In this document: one piece after another, positions 25,986 to 37,226 of the stretch
Numbering within the stretch: position 1 is the first letter of the stretch
How the letters are laid out: each line of letters opens with the position of its first letter
The notes under the pieces: generated by a model
Database searches by the model: none
What the model saw: only the letters and a program-made list of their open reading frames with translations
What the model was told of the DNA's origin: nothing
From: Octopus sinensis
Lineage: Eukaryota
Reading direction: 5' to 3'
Assembly (NCBI RefSeq): GCF_006345805.1
Contig: NC_042997.1
Location: 100,192,001-100,256,000 of the forward strand
DNA length: 64,000 bases
Made by a program: the position numbers and the translations under genes

Positions 25986-26106
25986 CTTATGACTAGTTTC
26001 ATAATTAGTCAAAATTTTGTGCATCAACCCCAGCCGCAGATGCACTTCATTTGCTCGACTAAATGCTGGTTCGATGTATAAAACTTGCTGATAAGCCTTG
26101 ATAGCC
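25986..26106 (-). CDS. KDM6A: KDM6A/UTX internal exon, 121 nt: (W)[40 protein letters not shown]
   Basis: Acceptor tttacag|G, donor AAG|gtaat. TPR sequence closely resembles UTX [27 protein letters not shown]. Confidence 0.95.
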
Positions 26107-26599
26107 CTGTAAAGTAAACAAAAAAAAAGTATATGTAAGAATTTGCTTCTTATAATTATCTTAGGTGAAAATAATATTTCTTGACGTTAAAATCTTTTCC
26201 AATTAGCAATTATGGCATACATGATTTCAAAGAATACTTTCAAATATTTTCTCAATAATTTTGTGTATTTTTACTTAAAAGAAAGGACACTAGTTATCTG
26301 AATATCACATAGTATTTTAGTTTCCTTTCTTCGTTCTGAATTTAAATTCCATCAATTTCAAGATAACTTTGCTTTTGTCCTATTAAGATAACTAAGTACC
26401 AGACAACTACTAAGGTCATTAAAAATTGACTACATCTCTAATCCAAAATGTATGACCCTGGACCAATATTGGATATTTGTAATGCATTTAAACCATATTT
26501 TGAGTAAGAGATGAAGTGTTGTACTATAAACTAAAAGGTTACAATTTCAATATCTATCACTAGTAAGAAAATGTGTTCTGGCCTTATGTTAGCTTAGTG

Positions 26600-26830
26600 C
26601 TTTAGCACATTTAAACGGGCCATGTCAGGCCAAAATATTTTACCTGTTTTTATCATACCAGCTAGATCTGGCCTCTCATACCTAACTACAATACCATTCT
26701 AAAACATAAACAATCATATCAATAAAATTGCAAAGCTATGATGTAATGGATGATTAATTCAAAACAATCTAAACAAATAAGCATCACATTTAACAGAATA
26801 ATTTGAAAGCTAAAGAATTAACAGAATAAT
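26600..26830. mobile_element. TTAA-type MITE copy (degenerate)
   Basis: tttagcacatttaaac...ggccaaaatatt...gattaattcaaaacaat...gaaagctaaag matches the MITE family. Confidence 0.7.
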
Positions 26831-27129
26831 TCTAATATATTTGAAAATGTATAATCCAAGAGAATCATAGAGCTTCAAGCCTGTATATAATATAATCTGC
26901 AATCTACAGACTATAAAATTCCCCTACGGATCAAAACAAATCTGGAAATATTTATTTTTAAGAAAACTAAGAAATAATCCATAAAAAAATGAAGGAATTG
27001 GGTAAGATATACTCCATATGTGTGTGCGTGTGGAATCAAAATTCTTTTCTTTTTTTGACTAGGTTCAAGATAATTTACAAAATTTTCCTCTAAATCAATA
27101 TACAACGGACAAAGTTTAAAGCAAGGGGA

Positions 27130-28078
27130 ACTAGCACAGAAGACAAACCACACAGTGAGAAACCTTCAACCACAACTACTGGCACAAACCACCACCAAAT
27201 ATATAAATTGATTCAAATGGACAAACAAATCACAATCCATGAAGTTGCTATACAACTTGATTGAAGGGACAATGCATAAGAAAAATGGTGGATGATTTGG
27301 GGTATTGGAAAGTGAACACAAAATAGGAAAATTGGCAGTTGACATTCGATTTGAAAGAGAGATGGATGGAAGCTTGCTCTGATCTGTTTGAAGCACTTGA
27401 AGCCAATGAAGATATGTTTTTACCAATCTAGTAACAAAGGATGACATGAAGCCATACCTTTACTATCTTGAAATGAAGGCTCAATCCATGGAATGGTGTT
27501 ATACCTCTTTTCTAAGGCCCCAGAAATTCAGGATCAGCACATGGTGACTACATTTTTGGGATGACAAAGATGTCGTTCTCCCAGATTTTCTGGAATGTGA
27601 CTGTACTATGAACAGCAAGCAGTACACGGGAGAAACTCAAAAAGGTAAGGAAGGCAATAGGGATGCACATTTACAATGACATTGCATGACTATACACATC
27701 TTTGGTAACAAATCAAGCAATCAGCAAATTGGGCTAGTTAGTGAACTCCCATCCAGGTTGTATAGCCAGGACAGGATCTGGTCTCATACAACTCCCACCT
27801 GTAAAGTCTAGTGAAGAAGTATTTAGGTACAAATGATCTAATAAAACAGGCAAGGTGAAAATGGCTGTGAAGAAGTTCATACAACAGTTCACACCTGAAC
27901 TTTTTCAAAGAGGATTTGAGAGATGAATTCAACAATAGCACAGAATGCATGAAGATTATGTTGAGTGGTACTTTTGTACAGAAGAATTACTCTACCAACA
28001 CATACAATCTGAATGAATTATGCCAGTTTATAAAAAAAAAGTTATGCCAACTTGTATATAAAATTTGGGACAACCTTT
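27130..28078 (+). mobile_element. Degenerate mariner transposase relic (a second family)
   Basis: Motifs LVTKDD..KAQSMEW, MVTTF(W)DDKDVV..DFLE..TMNSKQY and a decayed HPxYSPDL region. Ends in aatttgggacaaccttta|ta, a mariner-like terminus. Confidence 0.75.
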
Positions 28079-28789
28079 ATAGAAACTAAAAAATTATAAA
28101 ATTGGCTCAGCTAAAAGACTTTCTCAAATACTTATAACTTTTGAAAATAATATAGTAATAAAAGCTACTTAGGTTCATATTAATTATAATTATTTATTGC
28201 ATCTACCCAATGCTTCTGAGAGGCCAATTTTACCATGTATTCTTTTGTTCTTAGCTTATTTTGGCATTTATGTAGCACCAATATTTTCTTTTTATGCTAC
28301 CTATACATGTATCAACCCTTGTTAATCCTTGTCTACACACTTTTCATTTTAATAAATATATAAAAACATTTATCTCCTTTTGTTACTTCTTGTGAAGCAA
28401 TTCCATGAAAACAGAACAAAACTGATCTTTTGCATGTAAATATCTGTTTTTGCCAAATTTAAACTAGCCTCCAAAATGCCTGTATTTTTCTTCTATTCAA
28501 AATATAAAAAAAAACGTGTTTAATCATTTTTATAATATTTTCTCTTATTCTTGTAAGATTTCAAATATTTTTGAAGATTGTATAACAACATTTTGCTTAT
28601 CTCATTCCTTTCCCCTCCTATACATGTCAAAATCAGCAAAATAAAAGAAAATTGATTCTTAAGGAATTATTACAAATTCACTATAATTATCATCATTTTA
28701 TGTTTGCTTTTCACGTTGGTACAGATTAGAAGGTTGTCAAAATGCAAGTCAGTTTTCATTTGGAGTTACTGCTCTCCTAGATATATCAA

Positions 28790-29480
28790 AGACCATGTCT
28801 CATTGTCGCTCCATTTTTTGGCATGGTTTCTATATCAGGATACCCTTCTCACACCAGTGTGTACTTGGTGTATTTTATTATGACACAAGCATCAGGTGTT
28901 ACCATGTCACCTATAAGACTAATGAGTCTTCACTACTATGTCAACTCCCATCTGCTCAAGAGGGTGAATAAGAGAATGATAATAGATGAAGAATCAAGAC
29001 AAGAAGGTGAAACAAGAGAGAATATGATTGGAGAAACACAATAGTAGAGGAGGCAGGAATGGGAGATAGTTGCTGGTACAGGGATTAAATGGAAAGACAG
29101 AAGAGTGGTGTAATGGGGTAAGAAGATGAGAGAACAGAGGTACGTTCATGGATTAAGAATAAAGGGAGGGAATGTGATGTAAAAGGCAAGAGTGATACGA
29201 GAATGAATAATGAAAGAGAGTATGAGGAATAATAGTAAATATGGGCAATAGTAAGAGAGAAAGTGATGGACATCAAAAGGGTGGTAGTGGTAGGAGAAAA
29301 TGAAAACACAGACCAACTGCAATTCCTCATTACACAGGTGGCATGGTACAGTGAATAGGATAGAAGCTGAGAGATGGATGAGAGGGTAATGAAGAGGAGG
29401 AGGCATGAGATGGAGAGTCTTAACAAGAACACAATGGGCAAGAGACCCAGATGTAGATATATACATTTTGGTCACCATCA
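28790..29480 (-). mobile_element. Old RTE-tailed, purine-rich element
   Basis: ggcatggtttcta..ggataccctt tail remnant followed by a GA-rich body. The overlapping minus-strand ORFs are low-complexity artefacts. Confidence 0.5.
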
Positions 29481-30410
29481 TTACCACCATTTTATCATTC
29501 AGTTTGCCATACTTGCACTAATGAGCAAGACTTCAACACTGTGTGTTCATTACACATGGGCATCCCTTGTCACCACTTTAGTAAGTTTTAGCATCTTTAG
29601 GTTAGCCTTCATCATTCTGTCCTATGTCCTCTAAGACCCCTCTCCATAGGTTATACCTACTTCAAGCACTCGGCACGTTTTTACAGAATTGACAGCCTTC
29701 AAACATATCACATATCCATATCAATAAACTACATATGAAGTCTATCTTCTCTTAATTGGCTTGTGATTCCTCTACATCTCTTATGCATCCATAGTTTATA
29801 CAGGTACAATACTGACTTTCTGGACACTAATGGTCTGCATTAATTTATAAGCAAGAACTTCAAACTCCTGCAGTTGCCAGACTAGTTACGTTGTTTTATA
29901 GTTCCTTGCACAGTACAGTAGTAATATATTTGCATCATTTATACAGGTACCTGTATTTCATTTAATATATTTAAATAAATTTAATGTTTAATTTAGAGGT
30001 GACCACCCTTGTTCAGAAAAATCAGTAATCTGGAAAGGCTTTGGAATCAAAGGTTACAAAAAATGCGGTACCTGTACTGGATACATTGTATGGAATTTTT
30101 ATCTACTCTTTTTCTGTATAGTAAACAGCTGATTCCTCGATAGTAGCAAGGTCCTAACTTAGAACTTTAGCCTTTGCTAAGTTAAAGGCCTCTTGATTGA
30201 GGGTTTACTTTCATGTCTGGAATTTCTTTCATATCTTCTGCAGATGCAGCTATAAGAATTAGACCAATGTACAGGGGTTTCTACAGTTTTAAACTCTTCT
30301 ATTATAACCTGAAAGACTTATTAAAAACAGAAAGGAACAAGAACTGAGGCCTAACAGATACCTACTTGCACACTTCATTGCAAGACCCATACTAAAATGT
30401 ATTAAAACAT

Positions 30411-30449
<39 letters not shown>

Positions 30450-31315
30450 AAAAATAAAAAATATATATATATGTGTATGAATGATTTTAATATTGATGCT
30501 CCATGAATCACACACACATTGGACATGGCTTTAACCATAGGTCTGCTCAATCATGGCAGACATAGGGATTAACAACAACAAGGACATCCACAGTTTAATA
30601 AATTGTGGACCAATATATGCAAAGACTTCCAGATTTGAAGTGCCTGTCTATTTTCAATCCACATTATGCTAGTACATTTTAAGATCAGAATTGAGGAAAA
30701 AGTTTAATGTACTGTAGGTGTCAATGGTATGAGTAGTTAGTCAGTAGATTACTTTTAAATCATGAGAAACAGGAGAGCCACAAAAAAAATTCTGACTTTT
30801 AAAGTCTCAAAAAGCATGTTGATTTTATATGGAACAAACACTCACCACACTTCTTGGATCACAAGTAGATTTATCAAGGAGTTAAGGTGACTTTTAAAAA
30901 ATATGAAAACATGATTTTGAAAGAGACAGTTTCATTCATAGCATTTTGTTTAGTTAAGCTAGACTGGTAATAAGTTAAAGGGTGTACTTGTAATAAATGT
31001 GTAATGAATATCTTCTGAAAAGCACTGAACTATTCTCTATCAGTATGACATGATCATCCAGTTTACCTGAGAGTTCAATTAATTTTCAAAGAACCAGTGA
31101 CTTGGATTCAATATATTTTTATGCACACTTAATCAGAAGGAATTGATCCCTTGTTACCCAAATGAATATTCCATTCAAGATAGTTTCCTATTCAAAGGAT
31201 AGAAATTGTTGACCAATCAGTTAGTCTTAGACAAATTGAAATGAACTACACCACACATTGTGAACTTTTTCTCCTTTCAAAACTCAAAAATTCTACCTTA
31301 TGTAGCATATACATT

Positions 31316-31316
<1 letters not shown>

Positions 31317-31355
<39 letters not shown>
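31317..31355. repeat. (AG)n microsatellite
   Basis: About 19 AG units. Confidence 0.95.
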
Positions 31356-31358
<3 letters not shown>

Positions 31359-33660
31359 TACCCCACCCCCATCACCACCACAATTTAGACTTTGAACCTT
31401 CAAATTTACAATTCTTAAAGTTGAAAATTATTTTTTTCTTTTATATCTACAATATCTGTGCCATTCATATTGGACTAACAAATAATCTAGTAAAATATAT
31501 TCATCATCATCATTTTAACATCTATTTTTCTGTTTTCACGGGTCAAAAGTAATTTATTTAGGTAGATTTTCTACAGCTCATTGCGCTCACTACTGCCAAC
31601 TCTTTCCAGACAAGGTAATATTTCCCTTCATCTTTCAAACACCAACAGCACAATTACCAGACATATTTTTGTTCACAATTACTACATGCCGAGACAAGGA
31701 GATAGAAACACATACACACACATCTATCTGGCTAAGTTTGATAGAGCAAACAGGAGTAATGGAATTCACTACATGAGTATAAACACAGTTTTCTTTTTCA
31801 ATCAGCAGAAAGTAACAAAACTGACTGAAAGAGCAAGTGTTTTGTGCATGGCACTCAACATCTTGGCTCTTGAGTCACTATTGTAACTTTTCACCACACT
31901 CTCCCTCTCACTTGTGTGTGTGTGTGTGTGTACATAGGTTGCCAAGCAGTCACCCGTATGAGTATTAACTAGGCTCAACATTATTTAACTTTGGTGATCA
32001 GATGAGAATCAGTGCTTTCATTGTGACATAGCTGTAAACATTCATGTTATGTGTTTTCTACACATGTGAATAACACTAAATTTACCAAGAGATCAAGAGG
32101 TGTTTTTGCTTAAAAACTCAACAAAATTGTAAAAAAATGAAGTGAAAGAAATAAAAGATGTGTTATCAGCCATTTTAACTTATATTTTTAAACTATTCTC
32201 CAGTATCATTTCTTCCAGCATATTTACTATAACCTTACTTCCTAAACTCTGCACTGAAACTTTCTTCCATGAAACTTATACATACTTAAATGAATATAGT
32301 TTTCTACATATATATACTAGTGTACATTAGATATACATCTCTTTTGTGTGTCCCTCATTACTACTTAGCAAAGGGTCAAGCTCCACTAGAATGTCTACGA
32401 CTGAAATATGTCCAGTTGTCTGTTTTAATATGATAAAAAAAATCATATTAATTTGTCTGGGTTGTTATAGCTTTTTGTTTAGTATTGAGAATAATATTAG
32501 TCAATCACTAATATTGATTTTTCCTCGCTATATAAACATTTTCAGTTAGCTTTTTATTCACCCTTTGTTAAATATGTGAACACAAACTTAACTATAATAT
32601 ACTAAAGATACTAATAATATACTAATAAGGAAATGGATATAAATGTATGCAGCTGTTAAGCTCAAACAATGAACACAGATTTTTTTTTTATCTACCCAAT
32701 GACCTCTTTTTTATTGTTGCTCTCAGTAACCTTTATAATATAATTTTTTTTATCAGCACTAACAAAGTAAAAAAAAATATTACAATAGTAAAGCAGTTTA
32801 TTACAATATACTTTGGTCAGACTGATTTAACAGATGCAAAGAAAAATTAATTTTGATACAATTAAAAATTCTTAGCAAAATAATATACAGAAAATGATGC
32901 TCATATATTTTATAAAGCACTTTTCTTTCAATATAAAGTGCTCATAAACTTGAGAGTAAGTTCTGGCTAGTTTAATGTAATAAAAAACTGCTTCCACATT
33001 AAGTGCTTACTTTAAATTATATTACTCACGTCTTTTATTTTAAATATTGAAAGTAATGTATATAGGTTTAATTTTTAAGTAATTTAGAAAAATTAGTTTT
33101 CTTGTATATACTAAATATACAGAAACAAATTTTATTCCAGAAACCTATTTTAACTTTAAAACTAGTTCATTCAAAGTAATAAATATTTTAAACATTTTTT
33201 ATATGTGAGGTATAAAAATATTTTAATGTCTATCAACTAACATGTTAATAAATATGGGAGTGCTGAGCACCCAACAACTATCATTAGCTCACTCTGACAG
33301 AGGCTTCTACTGAGAAAAAGAAAACTTTGAGAATACTTGAGCAAAGACTGAATGTGTGCAAGAGTTGTGATGTTAAATTCAACCACATTTTTCACAGGCA
33401 AGAGACATTCTACAAGTTTTTTGTTGAGAGGGAAATGTTTTAGGTATGGGAGTGTATGTATACACAGAAGTGAAGTTGATGACATAATTGAATTAGTAAG
33501 GATAAGTGATAGAATAATTAAAGTCGGTGTTTGAATGAGCAATACAACAGCATTTGTGATTTATATTTATGATCCACAAATATGAGTAATGAGTAACTAA
33601 AAACAATATTATAGAAAATATTATAAATGTTACTTCAAAATAGAGAGAAATAGTATTGTA

Positions 33661-34486
33661 CAGCATGTTTGGGCTAAATCTGATGATTTTCTTTATGCCT
33701 CTTTTTTTTTCTAGAACAGCTTGATATATTGGTGAACAGTGAATGGTGTTGGACATGATAAGGATTAGAGTTGTAGTTGAGGAAAAGTTAGCTGATATGG
33801 AGGTCTGGATGTCATCTGAATATTGGAAAAAAGTTACCTGTATCATGATTTGTGCTGGGTATCAAAATACCAACATCATGACTGCTATCCAAAGCTTTAA
33901 GGATGTAAGCAAGACATGACACAGATACAGGTGTTCTGAGTGTTTCTGCATGCCCAAATACATACCCACATCATTGAACAGGGCCTTAGACTCAATTCTT
34001 ACAGGTTCATGAAGCTGCTAGAGACTGTGATCAACCCCAGGCAGGAAATGGTAGTTACTAGAAGGTTACCTGTGTGGCAACAGGATTCAGCTCCTTGCTA
34101 TATCTCTAGAAAGAGTCAGAAGTGGTTGTCTGGGAATTTCTTTGACTTCATCATCTTTAATTTCTGGTTCCCTAATTCCCCAATTGTAACTCCATGGATT
34201 GCTATTATGAGGTTGAGAAAGAAAGTAACCACTCAGCCTGCAACATCAAGGCCAAGTTCAAGGTGTTTGAAGATCTCTCAAGGAACAGAATAAGGAACAC
34301 ATGCAGTAAGTTCCGGAGCTGCCTTGAAGACATGGTTGGAAACTGTGGGTGGCTACTTAGAGTAAACTTATTTCCCAGCTATAATCTACTTGATGTCTTT
34401 AGATCTTTTAAAAATACTTTTATTTTTGGTTGGGATATTGTTTTCTTTTCTTTTTACGCACTGTCAAATTTAGCTCAAACACCCTG
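33661..34486 (+). mobile_element. Internally deleted Tc1/mariner element, DD37D (maT/mori-like), 826 bp
   Basis: TA|cagcatgtttgggctaaatctga ... tcaaatttagctcaaacaccctg|TA, with 19 of 23 TIR positions matching. Motif WQQDSAPC..SRKSQKWLS.NF..F..NSP.CN.MD gives 37 residues between the two Asp after correcting one frameshift. Confidence 0.88.
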
Positions 34487-35165
34487 TAGCTGGTGATTAA
34501 AGTCATATTGAGAACCAGCAGGTTGATATAATGGTATGTATGGAGACCTTGACTCAAGAAATGGAAAGGGGAATTCAAGATTCCAGGAGCTCCATGAAGC
34601 AAATGGTATTACTATTTAATGTGCAACCTAAATTTCAGAAAGTTAATCAATCAACTGGTCATCTACCACTTAGGTGGGCAAAATGACAAATTGTTTGTAA
34701 TTATAAAAAAATACAATAATAGAAAGAGTGAAAGACATTATGAACATTGTCTGTCTGTAGCAAGAAATTTCCCCTCCTTTTAACATAGATGAGTGATTGC
34801 TGGTATCATGCAGATTGAGCATAAGGAAAATAAGGAAACAAACCACTAAGATTAAACTTCCAATTAGCACTGCATGATATCTATTTTGAGAGAGAAAAGA
34901 TAAAAAGACACAATATAAGTATAGGTGGATGCATCTAAAGGACAAGCTGCTGCAAGCAATTGGCCAATTTTGTAAGTAGAGAAGACATCAACAAAGTTAC
35001 AGGCAACATAGTTGCGGGTATAGTGCAGTAGATAGAACTCCAAGAGCTAAGCTATTGGAATACAAGGAGTGGAGAAACCAATGAAGCTAGAAACAAGCTT
35101 TAATCCTTTAGTATTCAAACCAGCCCAAATATTCTTCCTATTTTATGTTCAAACTACCCTACAAT

Positions 35166-35963
35166 ATCAAGACAGGGAAAGCCCCCAGCCCATCAGGAAT
35201 CACTGCTGAGATGCTTAAAATATCTGGTGGTGTTGGTTATGGTCTCGTCACCCATATTGTAAGTCAGGTAGTTCACAATGACTGGTGTAACAGCATATTA
35301 GTCAACTCCTACAAAGGTAAAGGTGATGCTTTAGATAGAAATGACTACAGGAGTATCAAATTGCTGGATCAGGTGATGAAAGTCATGGAGAGGGTCATAG
35401 CCCAACTAATTAGGGAGAGAGTTAGCCTAGATGAGATGCAGTTTGGTTTTATGCCAGGTAGAAGCACCACAGATGCTATATTTCTGGTAAGGCAACTGCA
35501 GGAGAAATACCTAGTCAAAGATAAACCTCTGTACTTGGCTTTTGTAGACTTGGAGAAAGCCTTTGACAGAGTCCCCCGATCCCTTATCTGGTGGTCAATG
35601 CGGAAACTAGGGATAGACAAGTGGTTGGTAAGAGCTGTACAAACCATGTACAAGGATGCTGTCAGTAAGGTGAGGGTTGGCAACGAATATAGTGAAGAAT
35701 TCTGGGTAGAAGCAGGGGTTCACCAAGGATCAGTCCTCATCCCCTTGCTGTTCATCATAGTCCTCCAGGCAATAACAGAGACATTTAAGACAGGCTGCTC
35801 CAGGGAGCTTCTCTATGCTGATGACCTTTCTCTAATAGCTGAGCCACTACCAGAACTAGAGATGAAGTTTCAGGTGTGGAAGCAAGGTCTAGAATCAAAG
35901 GGCCTTAGAGTCAATCTAGCAAAAACCAAAGTCCTAGTAAGTAGGAAGGCAGAAAAATCATAA
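35166..35963 (+). pseudogene. RTE reverse-transcriptase domain, open for ~265 codons
   Basis: Part of ORF 35145..35963. The first codons (MFKLPYN) come from the MITE, so there is no genuine start. Confidence 0.9.
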
Positions 35964-37226
35964 ATCCCTTCAGGTAGATGGCCCTGCTAAATCTACAGAA
36001 AAGGCGTAGGTAGAAACTCCATAAGATGTACCTGGTGTATCAAAGGAAGGTTAAGTGGGAAGATAGTTTTTATGTGCCGATGATGCACAGGGGCAATACC
36101 AAAAATGTACAGAAAACAGATTCCATCATATGCCAGGGAGAGAAACTAAAAGTAATTAATAGCTTCCGCTACCTAAATGACCAAGTCTATATTGGAGGAA
36201 AATACTCAGGGAGAGTAGCCAGTAGGCTGGGCAAAGTTTAGGAAGCAGCTACCTCTGCTGGTAACAAAGGGCCTCTCGCTCAGAGTAAAAGGTAGACTGT
36301 GTGATGCATGTGTGTGTACTGCCATGCTACATGGCAGTGAAACATAGGTCATGACTGCTGAGGACATGTGTAGGCAGCTAGTATGATCTGCTGGATGTGT
36401 AATGTCAGTGTGCATACACAACAGAGTGTAAGCACCCAGAGGAAAATGTTGGACATAAGAAGCATCAGATGTGGTGTGCAAGAGAGACAAATGTGCTGGT
36501 ATGGTTATGTGCTGTGTATGGATGAGGGGAGCTGTGTGAAGAAGTGTCACACCCTAACAGTGGAAGGAAGTAGTAGACCCAGGAAGACATGGGATGAGGT
36601 AGTGAAGCACGGCTTTCAAACTCTAGGTCTCACAGAGGCAACGACAAGCAACTGAGACCTTTGGAGATATGCTGTAATTGAGGAGACTTGGCAAGTAAAG
36701 TGAGAAGACCTGTTGAGTCAAGTGAAATTGTAGTCATGGTCGATACCAGTGCTGCCTAACTGACACCCGTGTTTGTAGTATGTAATAAGCACCATTCAAG
36801 CATGGGTCAATGTCAGTACCATCTGACTGGCTCTCTATGCTGGTGACATGTAATAAGCACCATTTGAACATGGTCGATGCTAGTGCCCCCCTCCCCCAAA
36901 CAGGCTCCCGTACCAGTGGCAAGTAAAAAGCACCTTATGAATGTGGTCAAAGCCAGTGCACCCTGACTGGCTCCCATGCCAGTGACACGTAAAATCACCA
37001 TCTGAATATGATCAATGCCAGTGCCGCCTGAGTAGCTCCCGTGCCGGTGGCATGTAAAAAGCACCCATTACACTCTCGGAGTGGTTGGTGTTAGGAAGGG
37101 CATCCAGCTGTAGAAACCTTACCAGATCAGATTGGAGCCTGGTGCAGCCTACTGGCTTGCCAGTCCTCAGTCAAACTGTCCAACCTATGCCAGCATAGAA
37201 AATGGATGTTAAATGAAGATGATGAT
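35166..37226 (+). mobile_element. 5'-truncated RTE-clade LINE: RT, disrupted C-terminus, 3' UTR tandem repeats and (GAT)n tail
   Basis: RT motifs KAP.PSGI, YRSIKLL, QFGF.PGRSTTDAIF, AFVDLEKAFDRV, GVHQGSVL.PLLF and LYADDL. ORFs 36026..36241 and 36383..36655 are frameshifted continuations. Ends ttaaatgaagatgatgat. Confidence 0.95.

Larger units (their letters stand above)
497..26106 (-). other. KDM6A: Partial gene span: lysine-specific demethylase 6A / UTX orthologue, 10 internal coding exons
   Basis: Exons 25986-26106, 17779-17833, 16099-16133, 12271-12364, 10425-10551, 9502-9600, 7684-7856, 6933-7017, 4383-4479 and 497-658 all have AG/GT ends and compatible phases. The joined peptide matches the UTX TPR region as I recall it (e.g. 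[23 protein letters not shown]; [12 protein letters not shown]). Confidence 0.95.

Noticed and set aside
29085-29634. Hydrophobic 86-118 aa ORFs suggesting membrane proteins
   Set aside because: They are translations of a GA/CT-biased decayed repeat, giving Leu/Ser/Phe-rich artefacts.
33493-33846. Minus-strand ORF with FFQYSDD, resembling an RT YADD motif
   Set aside because: It is largely the antisense reading of the 5' part of the DD37D element on +, and no other RT motifs are present.
35369-35683. 104-aa minus-strand ORF
   Set aside because: It is the antisense shadow of the RTE reverse-transcriptase frame.
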